Below are positions 1 through 8,421 of a stretch of DNA of 13,673 nt, in pieces (position 1 is the first letter of the stretch; every line of letters starts with the position of its first letter). The translations under genes were made by a program, and so were the position numbers. A model generated the notes under the pieces. That model saw only the letters and a list, made by a program, of their open reading frames with translations. It had not been told where the DNA came from and did no database searches. The stretch comes from Candidatus Margulisiibacteriota bacterium (GTDB taxonomy: Bacteria; Margulisbacteria; WOR-1; O2-12-FULL-45-9), in contig JBDRHP010000039.1 in the NCBI GenBank assembly GCA_043816785.1, positions 1 through 13,673 on the forward strand, given 5' to 3'.

Positions 1-173
1 AGCCAGGCGTGGTCGCCTCGCTTCATAATATCTCCGATCACTTCGCCTTCATACTCAATCAGTTTTCCGTTGTACTGTTTGGCGTTTTCAACCAATTCAT
101 TCCCAGAAACCGTTGATGCAAATGACCAATTTCCAAGATACAATAACCAAATCCCAATATCCAATTTTGGCAT
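1..173 (-). CDS. Partial (3'-truncated) conserved hypothetical protein, probably exported and OB-fold-like, downstream of trkH; not in the ORF track
   Basis: Manual translation from ATG 173: MPKLDIGIWLLYLGNWSFASTVSGNELVENAKQYNGKLIEYEGEVIGDIMKRGDHAW, open to the window edge. The ELVENAKQYNGKLIEYEGEVIGD segment resembles OB-fold-like 'DNA-binding protein' ORFs I recall from trk operons. The start is uncertain because there is no SD. Confidence 0.7.
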   Translation of the reverse strand, partial: MPKLDIGIWLLYLGNWSFASTVSGNELVENAKQYNGKLIEYEGEVIGDIMKRGDHAW

Positions 174-222
174 TTTGATTTTTGAACTTTGTTTGTATCT
201 TGTGTCTTGGTTATTTGAAAGT
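121..222. repeat. Degenerate heptamer tandem repeats in two inverted arms (long imperfect hairpin)
   Basis: Left arm AATGACC AATTTCC AAGATAC AATAACC AAATCCC AATATCC (CAA at 127, 134, 141, 148, 155, 162). Centre CCAATTTTGG 161-170. Right arm has TTG at 167, 175, 182, 189, 193, 200, 207, 215. Exact inverted matches: 134-143/193-202 and 142-150/207-215. Confidence 0.85.
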
Positions 223-1740
223 TCACTTGCTTCTCCCTTTTGCCCCGCTAAACCTGGCAATAGCTATACCGATGAGAATAAAGATCGACATGAACTCCAG
301 CCTGCCGATCCACATTTGAATAATGTAGGTGATCTTTAAGCCGGTTGGCATCATGGGATCAGTTATGCCGGTGGAAAGGCCCACGTTGGCTGCCGCGGAA
401 ACTGATTCAAAAGAGGCCTGGTCAAAAGGATAACCATAATAAAGACCAATAATGGTGCCGGCAAAATAAGTTACCACATAAGTTATAAGAATGATGAGTG
501 AGGAACGCACCAGCCGGTCTTCCAGAACTATATCTTTAATGTGGTGGATCTTGGCCACTATGACCGCGCTGCCTGGCGCCATGATACGTCTGATATCCTG
601 GATCAGGGCTTTAAAAAAGATGCCAATACGCAGGGCTTTGATCCCGCCGGCCGTAGAACAGGCCGAGCCGCCAAAACCCATGGCCATCGTGATCATCAGC
701 AGGGCCAGAAAGCCCCATTCCTGCGGGAACTGCGGCGCGTAAATAGTCATGTAGCCTGTGCCGGTATGCGCGGAGATCATTTGGTAAAAACCTTTGCGAA
801 ACATCCCCAGCCAGGTTGGGTAAACCCTTAACTGGGTCAAACCAATGACAGAGATCGTAAAGAGAACGGAAATAGAAACAAACAAGGTGCGGGTCTCGAC
901 GTTCTTGAAAAATTCCTTTAACTTGCCGCTCCATAACGCATAATGCAGGCTGAAGTTTAATGTGCCCAGCACCATTAAAACAATGGTTACCAGTTCATAC
1001 GGCAGGCTGTGATAATAGAGGATGCTTTGCGAATGCGGAGTAAAGCCGCCGGTATCAAAGGCAGCCATGAAGATCCAGATGCCATGCAGAAAGGCCCGCA
1101 CGATCGGGATGCCTTCAAGCCAGCCAATAAGGGTCAGGAGCGTGGTCCCAATAACTAAATACACCAGGCTGATGAACCAGATAAAACGGGCGGTCTGGAT
1201 GACATTGGGCAGCACTTTTTCTTCGCGCGCTTCGCCTACGTACATGCGATAGGCGCCAGCTGTGCCGCGGACCAGGAAGGTTAAGGCAATGACCACAATG
1301 CCCTGGCCGCCCAGGAACATGATCAAATGCCGCCACATGTTGAGCGAATGCGCGGCATGGTCCAGGTTCTGGATCAGGGCCAGACCAGTGGTGGCAAAAC
1401 CGCTCATAGAATCAAAACAAGCATCAAGATACGAGGCGTAGTGGCCGGAAAGCATTAGTGGAATAGCGCCTAAAAACATAGCAACCAGCCAGAAAAGGGA
1501 GGTGACTGACAGACCCTGGCTCCAATTCAGGTCGTGGTGGGAAGGGAAAAGTTTTTGCAGCAGCAGCCCAAACAATATGGAGATCAGCATGCTGATCAAG
1601 AAGTTCACGGCCATGTCCCATTCACGAAAGATGAGGGCGGTTAACAGCGGAATAATAAAGATAAAACCCAAGCCAACGGTCAAGCGGCCGATATAGTAGG
1701 CAATAGTCCGGAAATCTTCGTTGGTCGGCCGCAACAGCAT
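223..1740 (-). CDS. trkH: Trk-system K+ uptake membrane protein TrkH (505 aa)
   Basis: Polytopic membrane protein with four filter-loop motifs (SGFATTG, AFDTGGF, AHTGTGY, AAANVGL), GGSACSTAGGIK and C-terminal MWIGRLE. Start moved to ATG 1740, 1 nt after the upstream trkA stop. Confidence 0.95.
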   Translation of the reverse strand: MLLRPTNEDFRTIAYYIGRLTVGLGFIFIIPLLTALIFREWDMAVNFLISMLISILFGLLLQKLFPSHHDLNWSQGLSVTSLFWLVAMFLGAIPLMLSGHYASYLDACFDSMSGFATTGLALIQNLDHAAHSLNMWRHLIMFLGGQGIVVIALTFLVRGTAGAYRMYVGEAREEKVLPNVIQTARFIWFISLVYLVIGTTLLTLIGWLEGIPIVRAFLHGIWIFMAAFDTGGFTPHSQSILYYHSLPYELVTIVLMVLGTLNFSLHYALWSGKLKEFFKNVETRTLFVSISVLFTISVIGLTQLRVYPTWLGMFRKGFYQMISAHTGTGYMTIYAPQFPQEWGFLALLMITMAMGFGGSACSTAGGIKALRIGIFFKALIQDIRRIMAPGSAVIVAKIHHIKDIVLEDRLVRSSLIILITYVVTYFAGTIIGLYYGYPFDQASFESVSAAANVGLSTGITDPMMPTGLKITYIIQMWIGRLEFMSIFILIGIAIARFSGAKGRSK

Positions 1741-1741
1741 A

Positions 1742-2404
1742 TTATTCTTTTCCCACGAGAGCCTCACGCAATGCTTTTTCCTGCTCAATAGTGGCTAAGG
1801 CGATCACAGAGTCGTTGACCTTAAGTTTTGTTTCCCCCTTGGGAAAGATGATCTGGTTGTCGCGAACAATCGTGGCCAGGATCGAGTCAGCCGGGAGTCT
1901 CAGCTCCTTAATGGATTTATTGACAGCCGGGGATTTGGAGTTTAGGATCGCTTCAACAATGGAGAGTTTGCCGCGCTTTAAGGCCAGCAGGGTGAAGATG
2001 TCTCCGATGGTGGCTTCTTCTTCAATTAATTTTGAAATTATGGATGTGCTGGATACGGTGTCGATCCCCAGTTTCTTAAAAGTGACCTCATTGCTGGGAT
2101 TGTTGACGCGCGCGATCACGCGGGGGACGCCAAAAGTGTCGCGGGCCAGCTGACAGATGATCAGGTTATCCTCGTCGTCACCGGTTACCGCGGCCACTAC
2201 TTGAGCCCGGGCAATGCCGGCGTCTTCCAAACGGGCGGGATCGCAGCCGTCACCAGCTATGACCAAAACCTGCTCAAGCTCTTCAGCGATCTTTCTGGCT
2301 ATGGGCTCTTCTTTTTCGACCAGAGCCGAGTCATAGCCTTTGTTGGCTAATGTTTTGGCCAGAGAATGACCAACCTTGCCGCCGCCAACTACTAAGACAT
2401 ACAT
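1742..2404 (-). CDS. trkA: TrkA/Ktr-family K+ uptake regulatory protein (RCK_N + RCK_C, 220 aa)
   Basis: GGGKVG Rossmann motif, GDGCD, AVTGDDEDN, ARVNNP; C-terminal RCK_C segment (IKELRLP..IVRDNQIIFPKGETKL). Confidence 0.93.
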   Translation of the reverse strand: MYVLVVGGGKVGHSLAKTLANKGYDSALVEKEEPIARKIAEELEQVLVIAGDGCDPARLEDAGIARAQVVAAVTGDDEDNLIICQLARDTFGVPRVIARVNNPSNEVTFKKLGIDTVSSTSIISKLIEEEATIGDIFTLLALKRGKLSIVEAILNSKSPAVNKSIKELRLPADSILATIVRDNQIIFPKGETKLKVNDSVIALATIEQEKALREALVGKE

Positions 2405-2405
2405 T

Positions 2406-2894
2406 TTATTCTCCTTTGGTTTTTTCTTTAGGCTTGGCCGCTTTATATTCGATCAACCCGAGGTCTTCGCCAATAGAAAATTCCAGTTTGGCTGATTCCT
2501 GGAGCAGGGCGCTGCGGAAGATCTGTGCGACAATGGTGGTGGTGCCAATGGTATTAAGACCGAATTTTTTATAAATATCTGCCCGCAATGGGTCATAGAT
2601 GCGGGTCATGACCCTGGGAACGTTATAGATCTTTTTGGCGATCTCGCTGACCATAATATTTGAATTGTCGCCGTTGGTTACCGCGGCCAGGGCATCGGCG
2701 CGTTCGATGCCGGCACGTTTCAGGATGTCCGGATCAAAGCCAACGCCGGTAATGGAAATGCCGTTGAAATCTGCGCCTAGTCTTTTAAAGGAATTGGTGT
2801 TTTTGTCAATGATGACCACATTATGGCCTTCGGCAGACAACATCTGGGCTAATTGGGAACCGACCCGGCCGCAGCCAACAATAATAATATGCAT
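2406..2894 (-). CDS. trkA: TrkA-family protein, RCK_N domain only (162 aa)
   Basis: GCGRVG, GVGFD, AVTNGDNSN, RIYDP motifs; ends after a short charged tail with no RCK_C. SD-like AAGGAG upstream. Confidence 0.9.
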   Translation of the reverse strand: MHIIIVGCGRVGSQLAQMLSAEGHNVVIIDKNTNSFKRLGADFNGISITGVGFDPDILKRAGIERADALAAVTNGDNSNIMVSEIAKKIYNVPRVMTRIYDPLRADIYKKFGLNTIGTTTIVAQIFRSALLQESAKLEFSIGEDLGLIEYKAAKPKEKTKGE

Positions 2895-2895
2895 A

Positions 2896-3519
2896 TTAAG
2901 ACTCCTTCTTGGGCGGGACTTCTGGCGGTAAACCAGCTGGTTTTAATACACCGCCGGAAACAACATATTTGAAAGCGTCTTCGGTCTTCATGTCGAGCAA
3001 GACCACGTCTCGAGCAGGAACAACGATCAAGAAACCAGTGGCTGGCGTAGGGGTGTTGGGCACAAAGACATTGATCATCTTTTGTTTAACTTTGGCTTCA
3101 ATTTCCACGGCGGCATCGGAAGTGATAAAGCCAACCGACCAGATGCCCTTGCGCGGATATTCGATCAGGCAGGCCCGGCGGTATTCGTCAGTGGTCTTTT
3201 GCATAAAGAGCACGTCATTGATCTGCTTGACCGCTGAGTAGATGCTTTTAACGATCGGCACGCGGTAAAGTATCTCTTCGCCCAGTTTAAAGATCGAAGC
3301 GCCGATGATATAGGTGGCGAAAAAACCAACGAAAAAGATCAAAAGAATGATAGCGATCAAGCCCAGTCCAGGGACGTGCCGGCCGATAATTATGGTCACG
3401 GCCTGGCCCAGGATACCATCAAGGAAATTGAACATGGTCATCAGCAGCCAGACAGTAACTATCAGGGGCAAAAGCGTGATCAGGCCGCGTAGAAAATATG
3501 AACTAATCTTTTGCCACAT
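2896..3519 (-). CDS. DUF502-family membrane protein
   Basis: FLRGLITLLPLIVT N-terminus, RVPIVKSIYSAVKQ, IEYPRKGIW, VFVPNTPTPATGF, VVSGG motifs; SD AGGAGG at 3531-3526. Confidence 0.9.
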   Translation of the reverse strand: MWQKISSYFLRGLITLLPLIVTVWLLMTMFNFLDGILGQAVTIIIGRHVPGLGLIAIILLIFFVGFFATYIIGASIFKLGEEILYRVPIVKSIYSAVKQINDVLFMQKTTDEYRRACLIEYPRKGIWSVGFITSDAAVEIEAKVKQKMINVFVPNTPTPATGFLIVVPARDVVLLDMKTEDAFKYVVSGGVLKPAGLPPEVPPKKES

Positions 3520-3548
3520 TATATTCCTCCTGAGACATGATTTTGGTG

Positions 3549-3577
3549 ATTATAGCACCCGAATTTGCTTTTTTCAA
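3549..3577 (-). promoter_or_regulatory. Sigma70-type promoter of the DUF502-trk operon
   Basis: TTGAAA (3577-3572), 17 nt spacer, TATAAT (3554-3549), with extended TG at 3557-3556. Confidence 0.8.
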
Positions 3578-3594
3578 CCGGCATATGATATACT
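3565..3594 (+). promoter_or_regulatory. Divergent sigma70-type promoter of the Lrp/AsnC-domain gene
   Basis: TTGCTT (3565-3570), 18 nt spacer, TATACT (3589-3594), with extended TG at 3586-3587. Confidence 0.65.
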
Positions 3595-3625
3595 CTCTCC
3601 CAACTATAAACAGGAGGTGTTCGAG

Positions 3626-3862
3626 ATGACCAGCGCCTATATTTTAATCGAGTCCTTACCTGGAAAAGCGATTGAGCTGACCAATGTTATCAAAGGGATC
3701 TCGGGAGTGAAAACTGTCCACCTGGTGACCGGCCCTTATGATGTTATTGCCTTTGTGGAAGCGCCAGATCTAAAGATCCTTGGTGAAATGATCGTCAAAA
3801 AGATCCAGGCTTCTGGCTGTGTGGCCAGGACCCTGACCTGTATCACTGTCGAGCAGTCGTAG
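3626..3862 (+). CDS. Stand-alone Lrp/AsnC ligand-binding (RAM) domain protein, 78 aa
   Basis: SD AGGAGG 3612-3617 and ATG 3626. Sequence [37 protein letters not shown] matches the family pattern; no HTH. Confidence 0.9.
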   Translation: MTSAYILIESLPGKAIELTNVIKGISGVKTVHLVTGPYDVIAFVEAPDLKILGEMIVKKIQASGCVARTLTCITVEQS

Positions 3863-5369
3863 CGTAGAGCAGGCGGTTGATCGCTGCCAGATAGGCCTTG
3901 GCTGAGGCGATGATGATGTCTGTGTCAGCCCCGTGGCCGACATAAATCTTATTTTTATCTTTAATCCTCACAGTGACTTCTCCCAGTGCGTCGGTGCCGC
4001 CGGTTATTGCCTGGATCGAATAATCAACCAGGCTGGCTTTAACCTTGGTTAGCTGCTTGATCGCGGAGTAAACTGCGTCAACCGGGCCGGCGCCATTGGC
4101 CGTCTTTTTAATTTCCTTGCCTTTATAGGTCAGCACAACTTTGGCTTCTGGCTTGAGCTTCATGCCTGACTTGAACTCAATGTTCACGATCTTATAGTCT
4201 TCCGGCACAACGTAGATCTCTTCAGCCACGATTGTCTCAAGGTCACGTTCGCCGACTTCTTTCTTCTTATCCGCAATTTCCAGGAATCGTTGATAGGCTT
4301 TTTCCAGCGCGTCCTTATCCAGCTCGTAACCCAGGTCTTTGAGTTTTTTAGCGAGCGCGTGCCGTCCGGAATGTTTACCCATAACGATCTTTGACTCTGT
4401 CAGGCCAATATCCTTGGGATGCATGATCTCGTAAGTTTCCCGGGCCCGGAGCACGCCATGCTGGTGGATCCCGGCTTCGTGCGCAAAAGCATTGGCACCG
4501 ACTATGGCTTTGTTGGGTTGAACCATCATGCCCGTGAGGTTGGAGACCAGTCTGCTGGCCTTATAGATCTCCTGGGTATTGATCTTTGTCTCGCAGCCAA
4601 AGAAATCTTTTCTGGTCTTAAGGTTCATAACGATCTCTTCCAGCGAAGCGTTGCCAGCGCGTTCGCCAATGCCGTTGATGGTGCATTCTACCTGGTCTGC
4701 GCCAGCTTTGACCGCGGCCAGGGAATTGGCAACAGCCAGTCCCAGGTCATTGTGAACGTGGACGCTGATAACCGCTTTCTTGGCCTTGATCTGCGGCACA
4801 TTTTTAATTATGTTCTCGATCAGTTGGCCGAACTCCCAGGGAGAGGTATAACCAACTGTATCTGGAACGTTAACCGTCGAAGCGCCAGCGTCAATTACTG
4901 CGCCAATTATTTTATAAAGGAATTCCGGGTCAGAGCGTCCCGCGTCTTCTGGAGAGAATTCAATATCCGGGCAGAGGGAGCGGGCGTATTTGACCATGTC
5001 AACAGCGATCTTAAGCACCTGCTCGGGTTTCATGCTGAGCTTCTTTTCCATGTGAATGGGAGAAGTGGCAATAAAAGTGTGGATCCTGGGCCGGTCGCAG
5101 TATTGAACCGCTTCCCAGGCGCGCGCGATATCTTCTTTTTTAGTCCGAGCAAGTGAGCATATCTGCGGTCCTTTGACAGTTTGGGCAATGGCCTTGATCG
5201 CGTCAAAGTCGCCTTGAGAAGCGATCGCAAAACCAGCCTCGATCACATCAACATTGAGTTTAGCCAGCTGCCTGGCGATCTCAAGTTTTTCCTCAGGGTT
5301 CAGTGAAGCCCCGGGGCACTGTTCGCCGTCTCTAAGTGTTGTATCGAATATTTTAATAGTTCTGGTCAT
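3843..5369 (-). CDS. leuA: 2-isopropylmalate synthase
   Basis: [54 protein letters not shown] motifs and a C-terminal regulatory domain (GAGPVDA, GGTDALG). Confidence 0.96.
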   Translation of the reverse strand: MTRTIKIFDTTLRDGEQCPGASLNPEEKLEIARQLAKLNVDVIEAGFAIASQGDFDAIKAIAQTVKGPQICSLARTKKEDIARAWEAVQYCDRPRIHTFIATSPIHMEKKLSMKPEQVLKIAVDMVKYARSLCPDIEFSPEDAGRSDPEFLYKIIGAVIDAGASTVNVPDTVGYTSPWEFGQLIENIIKNVPQIKAKKAVISVHVHNDLGLAVANSLAAVKAGADQVECTINGIGERAGNASLEEIVMNLKTRKDFFGCETKINTQEIYKASRLVSNLTGMMVQPNKAIVGANAFAHEAGIHQHGVLRARETYEIMHPKDIGLTESKIVMGKHSGRHALAKKLKDLGYELDKDALEKAYQRFLEIADKKKEVGERDLETIVAEEIYVVPEDYKIVNIEFKSGMKLKPEAKVVLTYKGKEIKKTANGAGPVDAVYSAIKQLTKVKASLVDYSIQAITGGTDALGEVTVRIKDKNKIYVGHGADTDIIIASAKAYLAAINRLLYATTARQ

Positions 5370-5392
5370 AATAATTCACTAAGTGAGGACTT

Positions 5393-5422
5393 ATTGTAAC
5401 ACTAAGCGGGTTTGAATTTCAA
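5393..5422 (-). promoter_or_regulatory. Putative leuA promoter
   Basis: TTGAAA (5422-5417), 18 nt spacer, TACAAT (5398-5393), with extended TG; short leader without an SD. Confidence 0.65.
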
Positions 5423-5425
5423 TCG

Positions 5426-6769
5426 CTAGCTTCCGCTGACCGTCATATCATGTAACAATAGAGTAGGCGAGCCAACATCTTCAATAAACTTGAGATCAAA
5501 GCCCACAGCCTCAACCTGCTTTAACATCTCGATCAAATTGCCGGAAATGGTAATTCCGCGCACTGGATAAGTCTTCTGGCCGTTTTCAATCATAATTCCT
5601 GCCGCGCCAACAGAAAAATTACCGGAGATCGGGTTAACTGTGTGCATGCCCATGACCCGGGTAACATATAAGCCTTTTTTCAATGATTTAATTATTTTGT
5701 CTGGATGATCTTTGCCAGCCGGAATATACAAGTTTGTTGTGCCGATCCCCGGCAAACCCTTAAAAGAGCCGCGCACCGCGTTGCCCGTCGAATTTACCTG
5801 GCCTTTGTTGGCAGCGTAAGTGTTATAGAGAAAAGTCAGCAGCTTGCCGTCGGCAATAAGTTTTTTTTCTTGCGTTGGCACGCCTTCGCCATCAAACGGG
5901 GCGGTTGATAAACCGTTCTCCAGCCGGCCGTTATCAATTACGGTTAAAACATTTGCCCCGACCAGCTGGCCAAGCTTGTCAGCAAACATGGACTTGCCTT
6001 TTTGCACCGCGTCAGCTGATAGGGCAGCGACCAGGGCGGATAAAATATCCGTGCCAACATGCGGGGCAATGACCAGCGCTAGCTTTTGGCTCTTGAGCGA
6101 TTTAGCGCCTAAGAGTTCAGTTGCCCGCTGCGCTGCTTCCTGTCCCACAGTTTCAGGATCAAAATCAGCCAGCTTTTTAACAAAGCTTAAGCCAAAGCCG
6201 GCTTCCATGCCGTGGTCATGGCCGGCGATCATCTGGGCAAAGCCGCCGCAGAGATTGCTCTTATATTTGGCATCGACGCCGTTAGAGTTAACGACCCAGA
6301 CTTCGCCTTCACCTTCGCTAAATTGGACTCTTTCTGTTTTCTTAACTCTCTGGTCAGCCTGGTAAGCGCTTTCTTCCATCTGCAGGGCCAGTTGAATTTT
6401 TTCCTTGATCAAAGTTTTCCCAATAGTTGGATCAAACAGATCAAGCCCCTGCACTACGGCACTACTAACTACGGTACTACGTGGTAAAGAATGGAACTCA
6501 TCCGCCTCAGAACTCTGGGCGTTATTGATTGCTTGGTCGATAGTATCTGCAAGCACGGCTTCATCGAATTCAGATGTGTAAGCAAAGCCAAGTTTTTTGT
6601 TTTTTATTACGCGAATGCCGCAACCGATGTCAGCGATCTCTTTGATTGTTTCGATTTTTCCATCCAGGACATCAATGGACAGCGATCGGTTTGAGGATAA
6701 ATAAACCTCGGCTTGATCAACAGCTTTGGCCTGAATTTTTTTTAGAATTTCTTTTGGATCGATCTTCAT
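5426..6769 (-). CDS. pmbA: TldD/PmbA-family protein, PmbA/TldE-like
   Basis: [50 protein letters not shown] motifs. No HExxxH seen, which points to the non-catalytic TldE-type subunit. Overlaps the pta stop by 4 nt. Confidence 0.9.
   Translation of the reverse strand: MKIDPKEILKKIQAKAVDQAEVYLSSNRSLSIDVLDGKIETIKEIADIGCGIRVIKNKKLGFAYTSEFDEAVLADTIDQAINNAQSSEADEFHSLPRSTVVSSAVVQGLDLFDPTIGKTLIKEKIQLALQMEESAYQADQRVKKTERVQFSEGEGEVWVVNSNGVDAKYKSNLCGGFAQMIAGHDHGMEAGFGLSFVKKLADFDPETVGQEAAQRATELLGAKSLKSQKLALVIAPHVGTDILSALVAALSADAVQKGKSMFADKLGQLVGANVLTVIDNGRLENGLSTAPFDGEGVPTQEKKLIADGKLLTFLYNTYAANKGQVNSTGNAVRGSFKGLPGIGTTNLYIPAGKDHPDKIIKSLKKGLYVTRVMGMHTVNPISGNFSVGAAGIMIENGQKTYPVRGITISGNLIEMLKQVEAVGFDLKFIEDVGSPTLLLHDMTVSGS
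6451..6480. repeat. Imperfect 15-bp tandem duplication within pmbA
   Basis: GCACTACGGCACTAC / TAACTACGGTACTAC (12/15 identical); four ACTAC cores; encodes [10 protein letters not shown]. Confidence 0.6.
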
Positions 6770-7761
6770 TGCGCCTGAACCGCGGTGATCGCCACCACAT
6801 TGACAATGTCGTCGATAGAGCAGCCGCGCGACAGGTCATTGACCGGCTTGGCCACACCCTGGAAGATCGGGCCAAAGGCGTGGGCATGCGCTAAGCGCTC
6901 GGTGAGTTTATAGCCAATATTGCCGGCGTCCAGATCAGGAAAGATCAGCACATTGGCATAGCCAGCAACCGGGCTTCTGGGAGCTTTGCGCTGGGCGACC
7001 TTGGATACCAGCGCCGCGTCAAGCTGCAGCTCGCCGTCGATCGCCAGATCCGGCCGCTTTTGCTGAGCCAGCTCTGTTGCCTTAACAACTTTGTCCACAT
7101 CTGGATGAACAGCTGAGGTTTTGGTAGAAAAAGACAGCATGGCAACTCTGGGCTCTTTGTTGATCAATTTCTTATATGACTCGGCGGTCTGGATGGCGAT
7201 ATCTGACAGCTGTTCGGAAGTAGGATTGGGGACCACGCCGCAATCGGCAAACAGGAGAATGCCGTCTTCGACAAAAGTCCTTTCATCCAGGAGCATGACA
7301 AAGAAGCTTGAGATGATCGATTGGCCTGGCGCTTTGCCAATGCAGTTCACTGTGGCCAGTATTGTATCAGCTGTAAAATGGGTCGCGCCGGAGACCATGC
7401 CGTCAGCCTCGCCCTGGGATACCATCATAGCGGCAAAGTAGGGATAGTCGTCCATCAATAAATTCCTGGCTTTTTCAATGGTCATGCCTTTGTGAGCGCG
7501 GGTATCTTTTAGTATCTGGGTGTATTTATCCAGTTTGGGATGCTGGCGGGGCGTTATGATCCTGGCTCCGGAAATATCAATATCGTTTTCAGCGGCGGTT
7601 TTTGTGATCTCAGCTTCATTGCCGACCAGGATAATGCTGGCCAGTTTGCTTTTGTTGATCATTTCCGCTGCCTTAAGCACCCGGATATCAGAGGCTTCCG
7701 GCAGGGCGATGGTTTTATTCAGCCTTTTTGCTTTGTGCCAAATTTCGTGTATGAAATCCAT
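6766..7761 (-). CDS. pta: Phosphate acetyltransferase (short form)
   Basis: [69 protein letters not shown] motifs. Confidence 0.95.
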   Translation of the reverse strand: MDFIHEIWHKAKRLNKTIALPEASDIRVLKAAEMINKSKLASIILVGNEAEITKTAAENDIDISGARIITPRQHPKLDKYTQILKDTRAHKGMTIEKARNLLMDDYPYFAAMMVSQGEADGMVSGATHFTADTILATVNCIGKAPGQSIISSFFVMLLDERTFVEDGILLFADCGVVPNPTSEQLSDIAIQTAESYKKLINKEPRVAMLSFSTKTSAVHPDVDKVVKATELAQQKRPDLAIDGELQLDAALVSKVAQRKAPRSPVAGYANVLIFPDLDAGNIGYKLTERLAHAHAFGPIFQGVAKPVNDLSRGCSIDDIVNVVAITAVQAQ

Positions 7762-7773
7762 GCTGTTTTTATC

Positions 7774-8421
7774 CTACATCCGGGAGAGTAAAACGTCAAG
7801 TTCCCGCTGGCTGTTGATCATTTTCTCCGAAAGCAGCGGCAGGAATTTTGTCCAGACCTGGAAGGTCAATTCAACATCACCCATGGCTCGATGGCGGTTA
7901 GCGACTTTTAAGCCAAAGTGTTGCGCTACCGTGTGCAATTTGTGATTGGCCAGTTCGGGCAAAAGATGGCGGGCGAGTTTGACCGTGCAGATCACACTAT
8001 TGTTGATCGCGGGCTGGTTGGTGCGGCGCAGCATTTCCCTGATAAAAGAAATATCAAAAACAGCGTTATGGGCGATCAGGGGCATTTGGCCAACGAATTG
8101 AATGAACTTGGGCAGGACTTGCTCAACAGCCGGGCTGTCTTTGACCATTTCATCATCAATACTGGTGAGGCGCGTGATCTCAGCGGAGATAGGGGCCCTG
8201 GGCTTGATCAGGGAGCTGAACATGTCGGTGACTTCGGAGCCTTTGACCTTTAAAGCCCCGATCTCGGTGATCTCGTTGATCGTTGGCTCAAGTCCGGTGG
8301 TCTCAAGATCAAAGACTACGCACTCAAGTTTATCAATGGTGTCGCCGCGGGCGCGGGCGAGGAACCTGTATTCTTTTTCCAGTTCTTTGTACTGCTCGTC
8401 TTTTAGCAGGTCAGCGATCAT
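7774..8421 (-). CDS. DEDDh 3'-5' exonuclease (DnaQ/PolC proofreading-domain-like)
   Basis: ExoI VFDLETTG, ExoII AHNAVFD, ExoIII HRAMGDV. Overlaps the upstream stop by 4 nt. Confidence 0.92.
   Translation of the reverse strand: MIADLLKDEQYKELEKEYRFLARARGDTIDKLECVVFDLETTGLEPTINEITEIGALKVKGSEVTDMFSSLIKPRAPISAEITRLTSIDDEMVKDSPAVEQVLPKFIQFVGQMPLIAHNAVFDISFIREMLRRTNQPAINNSVICTVKLARHLLPELANHKLHTVAQHFGLKVANRHRAMGDVELTFQVWTKFLPLLSEKMINSQRELDVLLSRM

Noticed and set aside
121..222. Heptamer array as a CRISPR array or tRNA
   Set aside because: No repeat-spacer alternation and no cloverleaf.
70..339. 89-aa + strand ORF
   Set aside because: It is antisense to trkH and the downstream gene, and its middle is just the translated heptamer repeat.
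1741..1788. N-terminal extension of trkH from 1788
   Set aside because: It overlaps trkA by 47 nt; ATG 1740 directly follows the trkA stop.
3314..3625. 182-aa version of the Lrp-domain ORF
   Set aside because: The extension is antisense to DUF502 and crosses the promoters; a strong SD marks ATG 3626.
4419..5156. 245-aa + strand ORF and similar shadow ORFs (e.g. 1791-2153, 5844-6365, 7520-7945)
   Set aside because: They are antisense shadows of well-supported genes and have no motifs.
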